Shown: positions 32,362-42,693 of the stretch, one piece after another
Layout: every line of letters begins with the position of its first letter
Numbering within the stretch: position 1 is the first letter of the stretch
Assembly: GCA_016795065.1 (NCBI GenBank)
Contig: JAEUIU010000062.1
Span: forward strand, 35,712 to 99,711
DNA from: Phycisphaerae bacterium
GTDB lineage: Bacteria > Planctomycetota > Phycisphaerae > Phycisphaerales > SM1A02
DNA length: 64,000 bases
Reading direction: 5' to 3'
Translations under genes and position numbers: made by a program
Notes under the pieces: model-generated
Database searches by the model: none
What the model saw: the letters and a program-made list of their open reading frames with translations, nothing else
Told to the model about the DNA's origin: nothing

Positions 32362-33144
32362 TCACTCTATGACAAGCGACCGCACCCATTTTGGAAGCGT
32401 TTCACCAGCTCGACCCGTGAGTGTCGTATCGAAGGCAGCGGAGATTTCGGTCGGCACAAGGTTGAACTCCAAGGCGCGAGCCCGGCAGCGCCGTCGCGCC
32501 TCGTGCACAAATCCCGCCGCCGGCCACACCGCCCCTTGGGTTCCAATCGCGAGGAAGTACTCGCAGTCATCGAGCCACTCTTCGATCAGTTCGAGCCCAA
32601 GGACCGCCTCACCGAACCAAACGATGTGGGGCCGCAAGACGCCTCGCTCTCCCGTTTCCGGATCCACCGTGGCCTCGTCGCAGGGCCCATCCCAAGCCTG
32701 CGTTGCGCCGGTTCGCATGTGCCGCACACGGCGAAGTTCCCCGTGCATGTGCAGCACCTCGCCGATCCCCGGCCCGACCTTACGACCCGATTCCGGATCA
32801 ACAGGAGCAAGGCCAGCCCGCTCGTGAAGATCGTCGACGTTCTGGGTGATCACGCGAACGGGCGCGGGCCAGCGACGAGCCAATTCGACCAGCGCCTGAT
32901 GCCCGGCATTGGGCCGCACCTCAGGACTCAAGAGCTTGGCACGACGAGCGTTGTAGAAACGGTGCACGAGTTCAGGATTGCGACGGAAGCCCGCCGGGGA
33001 CGCGACATCCTCGATCCGATGCCCCTCCCAAAGGCCGTCGGCCCCTCGGAAGGTGGGAATACCACTTTCGGCGCTGATTCCGGCACCGGTGAGGACCAGG
33101 ATGGGGCGACAAGATCGGGGCACCAAATCAGAATAACCCGTCAT
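32362..33144 (-). CDS. cobB: NAD-dependent protein deacylase (class III sirtuin, CobB-like)
   Basis: LTGAGISAESGIPTFRGADGLWE, FYNARR (Y-x-x-R), ITQNVDDLHERAG, catalytic HMHGEL, WFGE. ATG 33144 is in frame in ORF 32362..33222. Confidence 0.85.
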   Translation of the reverse strand: MTGYSDLVPRSCRPILVLTGAGISAESGIPTFRGADGLWEGHRIEDVASPAGFRRNPELVHRFYNARRAKLLSPEVRPNAGHQALVELARRWPAPVRVITQNVDDLHERAGLAPVDPESGRKVGPGIGEVLHMHGELRRVRHMRTGATQAWDGPCDEATVDPETGERGVLRPHIVWFGEAVLGLELIEEWLDDCEYFLAIGTQGAVWPAAGFVHEARRRCRARALEFNLVPTEISAAFDTTLTGRAGETLPKWVRSLVIE

Positions 33145-33742
33145 GACCGCACAACCACCCTCGGGTTTCGACAGTCGAGGTCGCCTTGAGCGGACATCGC
33201 AGGAGTTCGCCCAGGTACTCACAGCTCCATCGCGGGAGCCCTTCGATCCGGCGTCCGTTACCCGTCCCGACCCGCGGCTGATGAACTACTACCTCATCGT
33301 CGCGGCGATGACGATGGTCTTCTTTCCGATCACCATCATCCCACTCTGGATTCGCTACCACACCCTTCGCTATCGCTTCGATGCCGAGGGCGTCGGCATG
33401 TCGGTCGGCATTCTCTTCAAGCGCGAGACCTATCTCACCTATCGCCGCATCCAAGACATCCACGTCTCGCGCGGGATCATCCAACGTTGGCTGGGCCTTG
33501 CCACGGTGGCGGTGCAGACCGCATCGGGGTCGGCGACTCCGGAGATGACCATCGAGGGCGTTGCCGATCCGGACGGGCTACGTGACTGGCTCTATTCGAA
33601 GATGCGCGGCGTCGACGAGGCCCATCCGAAGTCGAACGCCGTTCCGGCCGCGGCGACCGACGACGAGGCGCTTCTCCTGCTGCGCGACATTCGCGACGCC
33701 CTCGAGCGCGTGGCCGCAGAACGAAAGCGAGGTGGCGCATGA
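33143..33742 (+). CDS. bPH_2 (YdbS-like) membrane protein; start uncertain
   Basis: Two TM helices (YYLIVAAMTMVFFPITIIPLWI), then a bacterial PH-like domain (YRFDAEGVGMSVGILFKRETYLTYRRIQDIHVSRGIIQRWLGLATVAVQTASG). Confidence 0.65.
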   Translation: MTAQPPSGFDSRGRLERTSQEFAQVLTAPSREPFDPASVTRPDPRLMNYYLIVAAMTMVFFPITIIPLWIRYHTLRYRFDAEGVGMSVGILFKRETYLTYRRIQDIHVSRGIIQRWLGLATVAVQTASGSATPEMTIEGVADPDGLRDWLYSKMRGVDEAHPKSNAVPAAATDDEALLLLRDIRDALERVAAERKRGGA

Positions 33743-34506
33743 ACGCCCCTCGTCCCGACGGACTTCCCTCGCGCGTCGCCCAGACGACCTACCGCGGGAT
33801 CTGGGTCATCCTTCGCGACTGGCTCCGGGTGCCGCAACATCCGCCGTCGCTTCCGCTTCCGCCTGGCGGCGTTCTCGATTCGTTTCGCCCCGCGGAAGGG
33901 TACCTGCGCTATCTGACCTTCCAGTTCCTGTTGGTCGTCTTCTTCCTCAACGGGGCCATCCTCGCGACGTGGATTGTGCTGGTGATCGCCGAGCCCTTGC
34001 TTGGCCTGATCCTGGCGATCCCGGCGCTCCTCCTTGCCCTCGTTCCCGACGTGCTCTTCTACATCGGCATTCGTCTGCGCATTGACACGATGTGGTACGT
34101 CATGAGCGATCGGAGCATTCGTCTCCGCCGGGGCATCTGGATCATGCAAGAGGTGACCATCACTTTCGAGAACATCCAGAACGTCAGCGTTGCCCAGGGG
34201 CCGGTTCAGCGCTACTTCGGGATCGCCGACGTGACCATCCAGACCGCCGGCGGCGGGGGCATGGGAGCGCATGGGGCGGCGATCGGCGGACACCACGGGA
34301 TCATCGAGGGGATCAACCACGCCGATCGGCTGCGCGACCTGATCCTTGCGAAGGTCAAGGCGTCGCGTCACGCGGGCCTCGGCGACGAGCGGGATCACCA
34401 TCGGTCGGCGACCGAACACGCATCGTCCGTGCCCACCGTCACGTGGACGGAGGAACGCCTGGCCGTTCTCCGCGAGATCCGCGACATCGCCGGTTCCTTA
34501 GGCTAA
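33739..34506 (+). CDS. bPH_2 (YdbT-like) membrane protein
   Basis: ATGA overlap with the upstream gene. TM hairpin, then a PH-like domain (YVMSDRSIRLRRGIWIMQEVTITFENIQNVSVAQGPVQRYFGIADVTIQTAGG). Confidence 0.65.
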   Translation: MNAPRPDGLPSRVAQTTYRGIWVILRDWLRVPQHPPSLPLPPGGVLDSFRPAEGYLRYLTFQFLLVVFFLNGAILATWIVLVIAEPLLGLILAIPALLLALVPDVLFYIGIRLRIDTMWYVMSDRSIRLRRGIWIMQEVTITFENIQNVSVAQGPVQRYFGIADVTIQTAGGGGMGAHGAAIGGHHGIIEGINHADRLRDLILAKVKASRHAGLGDERDHHRSATEHASSVPTVTWTEERLAVLREIRDIAGSLG

Positions 34507-34514
34507 CAGTTCGT

Positions 34515-35150
34515 TCATGGCGACTCGCCCGAAGGCGCTGCTGGCAGCTTGCCCCACTCGACGAGATACGCCCGGATCCTGGGCAGGTTCGCGGTGAGGT
34601 ACTCGGGCATCTTCCGCTCGTCGGGATTCCAGTTGTACTCCCTCGACTCGCCGAGGGCGTCCTCGAGGGACCAGCCCTGGTAGAGGATGCGGAAGCACGC
34701 GACCACGCCGCCGGTGCGGTAGGTGCCGGCGGCGCAGTGGACCAGAACCGGCTCGCCTTCTCGCTCGCTGTCGATGAGCGCCGCGACGGCCTTGGCGTAG
34801 AGCTCGACATCGCCGGTGCCGTCACCGACGAGGGGAAAGTTGAGGATCTCGATCCCCTTCTCCTTGGCGATCTGACGCTCCCGCACCTTGCCTTCGGGCA
34901 TGAACTCCGGCTCGGTCAGGTCGACGATACGGCGAATGCCGTGCTCTTCGATCACCGGGCCAATCATGTGCTCGGAGATCTGCCCGCTCCGGTGCACGAT
35001 GTGGGTCACGTCGCCAAAGCGCTTTGCCACGAACCGGTAGCGAAGCACGCCGTACCAGAGCCCCACCGCCGCACCGACCGATGCCAAGGCGACCAGCGTC
35101 ACCGTGAGGAGACGCTTGCCGCGCGATGGGATGGTCGGGCCGGTTGCCAT
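34515..35150 (-). CDS. Membrane-anchored protein tyrosine/dual-specificity phosphatase
   Basis: ATG 35150 (MATGPTIPSRGKRLL), TM (TVTLVALASVGAAVGLWYGVL) and the CX5R active site VHCAAGTYRTG. The upstream part of track ORF 34515..35606 is Arg/Pro-rich and overlaps the tolC-like gene. Confidence 0.7.
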   Translation of the reverse strand: MATGPTIPSRGKRLLTVTLVALASVGAAVGLWYGVLRYRFVAKRFGDVTHIVHRSGQISEHMIGPVIEEHGIRRIVDLTEPEFMPEGKVRERQIAKEKGIEILNFPLVGDGTGDVELYAKAVAALIDSEREGEPVLVHCAAGTYRTGGVVACFRILYQGWSLEDALGESREYNWNPDERKMPEYLTANLPRIRAYLVEWGKLPAAPSGESP

Positions 35151-35266
35151 GGGCAGGCAGCGTAGCCACGACGTCGGCGAATGGACCAGACATTGGGTTC
35201 CTTCTGCAAGAACGTTGGGGTACGCTCCTCCCAAGAGGCGTTCGGGCACCTTTGGAGGCAGCGTCG

Positions 35267-36943
35267 ATGTCGCAACGCGGTTGGCACAGGAGCGTGCTCC
35301 GAATCCGCTTCGGGCCGAGAAACGCCCGCCGCGCGGCGGCGGGGCTCGTCCTGGTCGCTTTCGGCCTCTTGCCAACAGCCTGCTCGCCGGCCTGGCACGA
35401 GGCCCAGGCCGATCACGAGGTCGACGGCATCCTGACCGAGTACCAGTCGAAGGTGCTGGCCAACCGCGAAGGGACGGTCGTCTATCCAAAGCAGGTGCCG
35501 CCCGCTTCGACGAACGATGCCGCTCGCGAGCCGGAACCGGTCGGCCCGCCCGACCCGCCGCGCCAGGTCGACCTGGCTGAAGCCCTTGCCCTTGCGTTCT
35601 CGGCAAGCCGCGACTTCAAGCTCCAGACCGAGTCGCTCTACCTCGAGGGACTCGGCTTCTCGCTGACCCGCTACAACTTCGGGCCGATCCTCAACTCGAC
35701 CATCTCCTATCTCTGGAACGCGGCTGAGGGCTCCCCCGAAAGCGATTCCCTCGGCGGGACATTTGGCGTTCGACAGATTCTCCCGACGGGCGGCACGGTC
35801 TCGGTCGACACCGGCCTTCGGACCAGTTCGATCGGCGGCAACTCGCCGCTGGGCGTGATCGACAACGGTGACGTCGGTTCGAACGTCGCCATCAACCTCC
35901 GGCAGCCGCTCCTTCGCGGGGCGGGCAGCGAGGTCGCCTACGAGTCGCTCACCCAAGGCGAGCGCAACGTCGTCTACGCGGTGCGTTCGTTTGAGCTCTT
36001 CCGGCAGGACTTCGCGATTCGCATCGCCAGCGGCTATTACCAATTGGTCAGCCGCAAGCTCCAGCTCGCCAACGACGAGCAGAACTACAAGGACGCGGTC
36101 TTCGATCGGAAGAAGGCCGAGGCCCTTCGGCAGGTCGATCGATATGCCGAGGAGGACGTCTTCCTCGCCCGCCGGCGCGAGATCACCGCAGAGGACGCGC
36201 TTCTGGTTTCCCGCACCGACTACCAGCTCGCGGTCGACGACTTCCGCATCCTGATCGGCCTGCCGCGCACCGTGACCATCGAGATTCGCGACGACGAGCC
36301 GCCCTTCGAGCCGGTGACGATCGATCCCGAGTCCGCCGTCGAGGCGGCTACGGTCAATCGTCTCGATCTGCACACCCAACGCGATTCGCTCGAAGACGCC
36401 GAGCGCGGCGTTCGGCTCGCCCGCAACAGCCTGCTGCCCGACCTCGGCCTCGCCGCCGGCGTGGGTCTCGACGGCCAGGGATCCAACGTCCGACAGGCCC
36501 TGCCCGACCGGACCAATGCGACGGTCGGCCTGACCTTCGAACTTCCGCTGGATCGCCAGGGCGAACGCAATGCCTATCGCGCATCGCTCATCTCGCTTGA
36601 GCGTACTAAGCGCAATCTCGAGCAGTTCGAGGACGAGCTGCGCCGCGACATCCTCAACAGCGTGCGCGAGCTTCAGCAGCTTGAGAAGCGCATTCAGCTC
36701 CAGACAGAGCAGATCGATCGCGAGCGCCGGGCGGTCGCGGTCACCCAAGTGCGCTACGAGGCCGGCGAGGCTCAGACCCGCGACGTGCTCGATGCCCGAC
36801 AGGGACTGACCACCGCACAGAACGCCTTGATTGACCTGAAGGTCCAGCACTTCGTCGGACGGATCCAACTCCTCCGCGACGTCGGCGTCTTCTTCGTGAA
36901 CGAGAACGGCAGTTGGAAGCGGGAGGAGTCGAAGCCCGGATGA
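35267..36943 (+). CDS. TolC-family outer membrane efflux protein
   Basis: Signal/lipobox-like LVLVAFGLLPTACS and two repeated OEP-type halves (LLPDLGLAAGVGLDG, RNAYRASLISLERTKRNLE). Operon position is upstream of the MacA/MacB-type genes. ATG 35267 is in frame in ORF 35126..36943. Confidence 0.8.
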   Translation: MSQRGWHRSVLRIRFGPRNARRAAAGLVLVAFGLLPTACSPAWHEAQADHEVDGILTEYQSKVLANREGTVVYPKQVPPASTNDAAREPEPVGPPDPPRQVDLAEALALAFSASRDFKLQTESLYLEGLGFSLTRYNFGPILNSTISYLWNAAEGSPESDSLGGTFGVRQILPTGGTVSVDTGLRTSSIGGNSPLGVIDNGDVGSNVAINLRQPLLRGAGSEVAYESLTQGERNVVYAVRSFELFRQDFAIRIASGYYQLVSRKLQLANDEQNYKDAVFDRKKAEALRQVDRYAEEDVFLARRREITAEDALLVSRTDYQLAVDDFRILIGLPRTVTIEIRDDEPPFEPVTIDPESAVEAATVNRLDLHTQRDSLEDAERGVRLARNSLLPDLGLAAGVGLDGQGSNVRQALPDRTNATVGLTFELPLDRQGERNAYRASLISLERTKRNLEQFEDELRRDILNSVRELQQLEKRIQLQTEQIDRERRAVAVTQVRYEAGEAQTRDVLDARQGLTTAQNALIDLKVQHFVGRIQLLRDVGVFFVNENGSWKREESKPG

Positions 36944-38535
36944 AGCCCCTTACCCTCACACTCCTGATTGGCGGTGCGCTTCTTGTCGGCGGAGCACTCA
37001 TCGTTCCGCGGCTCGCGGGCGACGGAACCTCGCAATCGATCCCCGACGATGCCCTTTTCGCGGTGCGGCGCGGCACGCTGACTTGCACGATCACCGAGAA
37101 CGGGTCGCTCATGGCCAAGAACTCGGAGAAGATCTCAAGCCAGGCCGAGCGCGGCGGGAAGATCTCCTTCCTCATCGAGGAGGGCAAGACGGTCCCGCAG
37201 GGCGAGATCCTCTGCAAGCTCGACACGACCGAGCTCGAGACCTACCAGCAGCAGACCGAGCTCGAGATCGTGCAGACGACCGCTGACCTGGACACGGCGA
37301 GGACCGAGCTGGACATCCAGCGCTCGGAAAACGCCGCCAACATCGAGAAGGCCAAGATCGCCCTCGACAAGGCGACGAAGGAACTCGAGAAGTACACCGA
37401 CGGCGACGCGCCAAAGGAGCAGCGGAACTTCGAGGTGGCGATCAAGGAGGCGGAGACGAACTTCACGAAGTCCAAGAAGAAGTACGAGGACTCGAAGAGG
37501 CTGCTCGAGCAGGAGTACATCAACAAGTCGCAGGTCGATCAGGACGAGATCGACTTTGAACGGGCCGAAATCGAACTGACCAGCGCCCGGCGCGATCTGG
37601 AGATCTTCAACAAGTACACGCGACCGATGGCCATGACCGACAAGCAGACTGCGGTCAACGACGCCAAGCGCGAGCTCGACAACGCCGAGAAGCGGGCCCA
37701 GTCGACGCTGCGGCAGAAGGAAGTCGCCGTTGAACGGGCCCAGAGCACGCTGACCGCCCGCCAGAAGAATCTCGACGAGATCAAGAAGGAGATCGGGAAC
37801 TTCACCATCATGGCCCCGTTGCCTGGCATCGTCCTCTACGGCGATCCGAGCCAGCCGTGGTATCGCAACGAGATCAAGCTGGGCTCGCAGGTGTGGGGCG
37901 GCTTCACCCTCTTCACGATCCCCGACCTTCGCGTGATGCAGGTCCAGCTTCAGGTGCACGAGGCGGACATCAACTCGGTCAAGGAAGGTCAGCCTGCGAC
38001 CATCACGATGGAGACCTATCCGGGCGTCGTCCTCAAGGGGACCGTCTCGAAGATCGCCCAGGTCGCCGGTGACGGGCGCGGCAGCGAGATGGGCGAGGTG
38101 AAGCGTTTCACCGTGCACATCACGCTTGACTCGACCGAGGAGCGGCAGTTCAAGCCCGGCATCAGCGCGAAGGCATCGATCTTCGTCGCTGAGCGGACCG
38201 ATGCCCTGTTCGTCCCGATCCAGTGCGTCTTCCTCGAGGAGGGCACCCACTATTGCTATGTGAAGCGTGACACAGGCGACATCGAAAAGGTGAAGGTCAC
38301 GCCTGACATCAGTAACGATACGTTCACCCAGGTCGTCGCCGGCCTGAGCGAGGGGGACCGGGTGCTTCTCTACAACCCGCAGTTGGGGAGTCAGCCCGCC
38401 AACCGCAACGACGGCGCCTCGGGCTCGCCCGCAAGCGGCACGAGCGCGGATCCCGGCGAACAGGCATCGCCGGCAGCCGCTCCCGCGACCACCGTCCCCA
38501 CACCCGCAGGCGGCACGCCGGTCGCGTCGAACTGA
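36940..38535 (+). CDS. HlyD/MacA-type periplasmic adaptor protein
   Basis: N-terminal TM, a biotinyl-lipoyl-like segment, a long coiled coil (TELETYQQQTELEIVQTTADLDTARTELD...), a beta-barrel domain and a Ser/Pro-rich tail. ATGA overlap with the tolC-like stop. Confidence 0.85.
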   Translation: MKPLTLTLLIGGALLVGGALIVPRLAGDGTSQSIPDDALFAVRRGTLTCTITENGSLMAKNSEKISSQAERGGKISFLIEEGKTVPQGEILCKLDTTELETYQQQTELEIVQTTADLDTARTELDIQRSENAANIEKAKIALDKATKELEKYTDGDAPKEQRNFEVAIKEAETNFTKSKKKYEDSKRLLEQEYINKSQVDQDEIDFERAEIELTSARRDLEIFNKYTRPMAMTDKQTAVNDAKRELDNAEKRAQSTLRQKEVAVERAQSTLTARQKNLDEIKKEIGNFTIMAPLPGIVLYGDPSQPWYRNEIKLGSQVWGGFTLFTIPDLRVMQVQLQVHEADINSVKEGQPATITMETYPGVVLKGTVSKIAQVAGDGRGSEMGEVKRFTVHITLDSTEERQFKPGISAKASIFVAERTDALFVPIQCVFLEEGTHYCYVKRDTGDIEKVKVTPDISNDTFTQVVAGLSEGDRVLLYNPQLGSQPANRNDGASGSPASGTSADPGEQASPAAAPATTVPTPAGGTPVASN

Positions 38536-39245
38536 TGACCGATCCCCTGCCCATCCTGCGGCTCCTTGGCGTCGGGAAGTCCTACGGCACGCCGGAGAAT
38601 CCGCTGACCGTGCTTCGCGACGTCACCCTCACCGTCGAGCGCGGCGAGTACGTGACCATCATCGGTCCGTCCGGCGCGGGCAAGTCCACCCTGCTCAACA
38701 TTCTCGGCTGCCTCGACCGGCCGACCGCCGGCCGCTACGAACTGCTCGGCGAGAACGTCGCTGGCTTCGATGACCACACGCTCTCAATGGTACGCCGCAC
38801 GCGCATCGGCTTTGTTTTCCAGGCCTTTCAGCTCGTCCAGCACCTGACGGTCCGCGAGAACGTCGAGCTGCCGATGTTCTACTCGCGCATTCCCCATCGG
38901 CAGCGCCGCACGCGGGCCCTGGAGTTGATCGCTCGGGTCGGTCTGGCGAAGCGAGCCGAGCATGTGCCGTCGAAACTCTCCGGCGGCGAGATGCAGCGGG
39001 TGGCCATCGCTCGGGCGATGGCCAACAACCCGGCGATGATCCTGGCCGACGAGCCCACCGGCAATCTCGATACGGCCACCTCCCACGAGATCATGCATCT
39101 CCTGCTTGAACTCCATCAGGCCGGAAGCACGATCGTCCTGATCACCCACAACGTCGAGATCGCCGCGGCCTCGCCGCGCTGCGTCACGCTTCGTGATGGT
39201 GTCATCGCCTCGGACCTCCGCGCGGGACGCGAGGTGGCGGCGTGA
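38535..39245 (+). CDS. ABC transporter ATP-binding protein (MacB/LolD type)
   Basis: Walker [11 protein letters not shown]-loop, signature [14 protein letters not shown], Walker [12 protein letters not shown], and an H-loop. Confidence 0.92.
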   Translation: MTDPLPILRLLGVGKSYGTPENPLTVLRDVTLTVERGEYVTIIGPSGAGKSTLLNILGCLDRPTAGRYELLGENVAGFDDHTLSMVRRTRIGFVFQAFQLVQHLTVRENVELPMFYSRIPHRQRRTRALELIARVGLAKRAEHVPSKLSGGEMQRVAIARAMANNPAMILADEPTGNLDTATSHEIMHLLLELHQAGSTIVLITHNVEIAAASPRCVTLRDGVIASDLRAGREVAA

Positions 39246-40531
39246 CGGTGATGGCCGAACTGATCGTCGAACTCGTCGGTGAGGCCTTGCGCAACCTCTG
39301 GCGACATAGGCTCCGATCGTTCCTCACCACGCTTGGCATCGTCTTCGGCGTCGCGTCGGTCCTGGCCATGGTGGCGATGGGCGAAGGCGCCCGGCGGGTC
39401 ATCCTCGACCAGATCTCCGAGCTGGGGATTCGCAACATCATCATCAACGCCCGCAAGCCGCCCGAGGAGGCCGATACGAAGGCCACCACGGAACAGCAGT
39501 GGCGCCTCGACTACGGCCTCACCTTCCATGACGCCCGGCAGATCACCGCCACCGTGCCGCAGGTCACCGGCGTCCTTCAGGTACACGATGTCGAGAAGTG
39601 GATCTGGTTCAAGAGCCGGCGGATCAGCGCGAAGGTCCGAGGCGTCGAACCCGCCTACTTCGAGCGGCTGGACCTGCGGCCCTTCATTGGACGGGCCCTG
39701 ACCGACGAGGACGGCATCGAACGACGTCGCGTCTGCGTGGTGCGTCAGCGGCTCCTTGAAGAAGCGAAGTACCTCGGCGACCCGCTGAAACTCGATCTCA
39801 AGATCTCGACCGAGTACTACCGCGTCGTCGGTGTGCTGCCGGATGCCCAGTTCCAGTCGCCGAACCGGAGCGTGCTGGGGATCGACGACCGGACGATGGA
39901 GGTCTACGTACCCTTCGACACGGTGACCGATCGCTTCGGTCTCATCAACGTGACGATGCGTTCGGGGACGAGCGAGGCGACCCAGGTCGAGTTGCACCAG
40001 ATCGTCTGCACCGTGCGAGAGGAGGAGGACGTCATGGTCGCCGCCCGGCAGATCCAGGCGATCCTGATGAAGCTCCATCCGAAGAAGGACTACGAGGTGA
40101 CGGTGCCGCTGGAACTCCTGGCCTCGCAACAGAAGACGCAGCGGGTCTTCAACATCGTCCTGCCGATCATCGCCGGCATTTCGCTCCTCGTCGGCGGCAT
40201 CGGCATCCTCAACATCATGCTCGCCAGCATCACCGAGCGGACCCGCGAGATCGGCATCCGCCGGGCGATCGGAGCGAGCGGGACCGACATCACCCTCCAG
40301 TTCCTGATCGAAACGGTGACGCTCGCCACCGTCGGTGGCCTCCTCGGCGTGGCGGTCGGCGTGCTGACCGTCGAGGTGTTAGTGTCCCTCACCGGCTGGA
40401 ACGCCGCGATCACCCTTTGGTCACTCGCCCTTGCCCTCGGCGTCTCCTGCCTGACGGGCGTACTCTTCGGCATCTACCCGGCCCGCCGCGCGGCGGCGAT
40501 GGATCCGATCGCGGCGCTCAGGTATGGGTGA
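39242..40531 (+). CDS. ABC transporter permease, MacB_PCD + FtsX domain
   Basis: LRNLWRHRLRSFLTTLGIVFGVASV N-terminus, a large periplasmic domain, and C-terminal FtsX helices with ERTREIGIRRAIGA. GTGA overlap with the ATPase stop. Confidence 0.9.
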   Translation: MTVMAELIVELVGEALRNLWRHRLRSFLTTLGIVFGVASVLAMVAMGEGARRVILDQISELGIRNIIINARKPPEEADTKATTEQQWRLDYGLTFHDARQITATVPQVTGVLQVHDVEKWIWFKSRRISAKVRGVEPAYFERLDLRPFIGRALTDEDGIERRRVCVVRQRLLEEAKYLGDPLKLDLKISTEYYRVVGVLPDAQFQSPNRSVLGIDDRTMEVYVPFDTVTDRFGLINVTMRSGTSEATQVELHQIVCTVREEEDVMVAARQIQAILMKLHPKKDYEVTVPLELLASQQKTQRVFNIVLPIIAGISLLVGGIGILNIMLASITERTREIGIRRAIGASGTDITLQFLIETVTLATVGGLLGVAVGVLTVEVLVSLTGWNAAITLWSLALALGVSCLTGVLFGIYPARRAAAMDPIAALRYG

Positions 40532-40543
40532 GCTGGTCCGCGT

Positions 40544-42607
40544 TCAGCGCCCTCGTTGCTCCTCCGCCTCCGCAAACCGCGCAGCCGCGTGGAGGAAGTG
40601 GGTCGTGATCCAGAAGACCGTCCAGCCTTCGCTGTAGCCGCCTCGCATTCGCTCGACGTCGGACATGTCCCCATGTTGCGCGAAGTTCGTCTGCTGGATT
40701 TGCTCGCCCTGGCTGCCGAACTCGTCGATGAGCTGCCCGCAGGAGCGGAACATGAGTTCCGCAAGGCGCATCAGTTCGGGACGACCTAACAGTTCGCCCA
40801 TGCGGTGGATCTCGGGCGTGTAGTAGACGCCGAAGACGTCGAGGTGCTGGTTCTGGGCCGAGACGACGGTCCAGCCCCGCGAGCGGAAGGCGTGATCGCG
40901 CAACCGACCCGGGGGAAGGTCGATGTTCCAAAGACAGGTCCACGAGAGCGTCGCGTCCATCGCGTGCTCGGCCCGTTCGAGCCAGGCGCGGTCCTTGGTG
41001 TGGTCGTACGCCGCGAGGAAGGCCTGAAACGCCGCCCACGCGCCTTCCTTGTCCTCGCAACGGGCATCCAGCGTGCCGCCCCAGTAAGGTTCGTCGTAAC
41101 CGATGTGCCGTTCGGCGGCGACTCGAGCGATATGCAACCCGGCTTCGGCGAGGCGCGGATCGCCCAGCAGCCGCGCTGCCCGCAACAGGGGCGAGACGAA
41201 GAACGCTTCGTTGGTCGAAGTTGGCTTCCAGGTCGCCTTGAGCACGCGCTCGGCATGGAGCGTTGCGGCGCGGCGGACGAACTCGATCCAACGCGCCGCA
41301 TCAATCCCCCGCCGCTGGGCAACCTCGATTGCCCGCGTGATCGTTTCGAGCGCCTGGCCCTGCGACACGAAGTCCTGTTCGCTCCAGGCTTTCGTTTCGG
41401 CGGTGTAGCGCTGAAGGAATCCGCTCTCGTTGAAGGGCGCAGTCACGAGCAAGTCGAGCGATCGCTTGGCGACCGCGTCGAGGTCCTTCCAGCCGTATCG
41501 ATCACCGAGCGCCAGCAAGGCGTAGGGCATCGTCTCGGCCTGGCCGCACCAACCCATCACATAATGCGTGCCATCGACGAAGTCGGGGTACATCTCGAAG
41601 CCGGGATCCTCCGGCCGATCACGCCAGCGGGTCCGGGCGAACCCGAGCTTCGAGGCGGCGATCGCCTCGATCGAGGCAAGGCCATCGCAGGAGAAGGGAT
41701 CGCTTCCTTCGATCGAGGTTCGTAGCGGCACGCGAAAACCCTGGCCCGGTCCGCTCACATCGAAGAGCTGAAGGGCGAATTCCTTTTCGACCACCGCCCC
41801 CGGCCGAAGATCAAGCCAAGTGTTGTCGTAGGCCATGAACTCCCCCTGCCGGGCCTTTACCACCGCCGTGCGCCCGTTCGCGGCGCACGGCCCGCTGAGG
41901 AGGGCGAGCTCGCAACCGCTCGCAAAGGTCGTCATGCCCAACGACCACCACTGGTCGCGACGAGCCGCGCCGGGCACGAGCGACGGCGTCGTATGCAGCG
42001 CCGCGCCGCAATGGCCCCATTCGATACTTGCAAAGGGAATGGGAAAGCGATGTTCCTCGAAGTAAGAACGCTCACCGTCGCCGCACGTCTGCACGACCAC
42101 CGCGGCCCGTGCGACACTCGATGGGTCGTCGACGGTCACGCCGCTCGTCCGCGCCCCGCTGGGATTGCCGTAGAAGGAGATGCCCGGCAGAAACGGATGG
42201 ACATGCGTGGCGTCGGGAGCGAGCCAGCGGACGCTCAGCGTGCAATGCTCAAGCGCGGCGGTTCCCTTCCACTCGAAACGACGTCGGCCACGGACCAGTT
42301 CGCCGTCGATGCGATAGGCGTCGCGAAGGAGAAGCGTTCCGCCATCAAGAGGAAGTTCACCGGTGACGATCGTCCACTCGTCGCGCTGGACGACCGCGTT
42401 TGGATGTGCGTGCTTCCATTCCGACGGCCAACCGTCCTTCCAGGCGGTCGCCACGCTCCAGAGTCCCTCGGGAGGCGAGACGAGACTGAGGGAATCGCCG
42501 CTTCGCACTTCGATTCGCCTAACACCCGCGTCGGTGGCGGCATCCGACACGACATGCATCACCTGCGGCGCAGCGCACGCCACCACGATCACCAGTTCGC
42601 TGAACAT
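40544..42607 (-). CDS. Large hypothetical protein; C-terminal half is helix-repeat rich (possibly an alpha/alpha-toroid glycosidase/lyase-like fold)
   Basis: ~690-aa ORF. The start is set at ATG 42607 (MFSELVIVVACAAP), in frame in track ORF 40544..42664. The Trp/aromatic-rich helical C-terminal half (YVMGWCGQAETMPYALLALG, EPYWGGTLD, WTCLWNIDLPPG) gives only a weak fold-level guess. Confidence 0.5.
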   Translation of the reverse strand: MFSELVIVVACAAPQVMHVVSDAATDAGVRRIEVRSGDSLSLVSPPEGLWSVATAWKDGWPSEWKHAHPNAVVQRDEWTIVTGELPLDGGTLLLRDAYRIDGELVRGRRRFEWKGTAALEHCTLSVRWLAPDATHVHPFLPGISFYGNPSGARTSGVTVDDPSSVARAAVVVQTCGDGERSYFEEHRFPIPFASIEWGHCGAALHTTPSLVPGAARRDQWWSLGMTTFASGCELALLSGPCAANGRTAVVKARQGEFMAYDNTWLDLRPGAVVEKEFALQLFDVSGPGQGFRVPLRTSIEGSDPFSCDGLASIEAIAASKLGFARTRWRDRPEDPGFEMYPDFVDGTHYVMGWCGQAETMPYALLALGDRYGWKDLDAVAKRSLDLLVTAPFNESGFLQRYTAETKAWSEQDFVSQGQALETITRAIEVAQRRGIDAARWIEFVRRAATLHAERVLKATWKPTSTNEAFFVSPLLRAARLLGDPRLAEAGLHIARVAAERHIGYDEPYWGGTLDARCEDKEGAWAAFQAFLAAYDHTKDRAWLERAEHAMDATLSWTCLWNIDLPPGRLRDHAFRSRGWTVVSAQNQHLDVFGVYYTPEIHRMGELLGRPELMRLAELMFRSCGQLIDEFGSQGEQIQQTNFAQHGDMSDVERMRGGYSEGWTVFWITTHFLHAAARFAEAEEQRGR

Positions 42608-42693
42608 CGGCGCAGCGTAGCGGCAACAACAACGCCCCGGCCGATCAGCCGGGGCGTCGCACATGCCGAACGAGCGTCTGACCCATCGTGGGA

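Noticed and set aside
32362-33144. SIR2-domain protein as part of an anti-phage defence system (Thoeris/DSR/SIR2-HerA/pAgo-type)
   Set aside because: The protein is a short canonical CobB-type deacylase (GAGIS, FYNARR, QNVDDLH, HG). It has no fused effector/sensor domains and no TIR, HerA, Argonaute or similar partner gene next to it.
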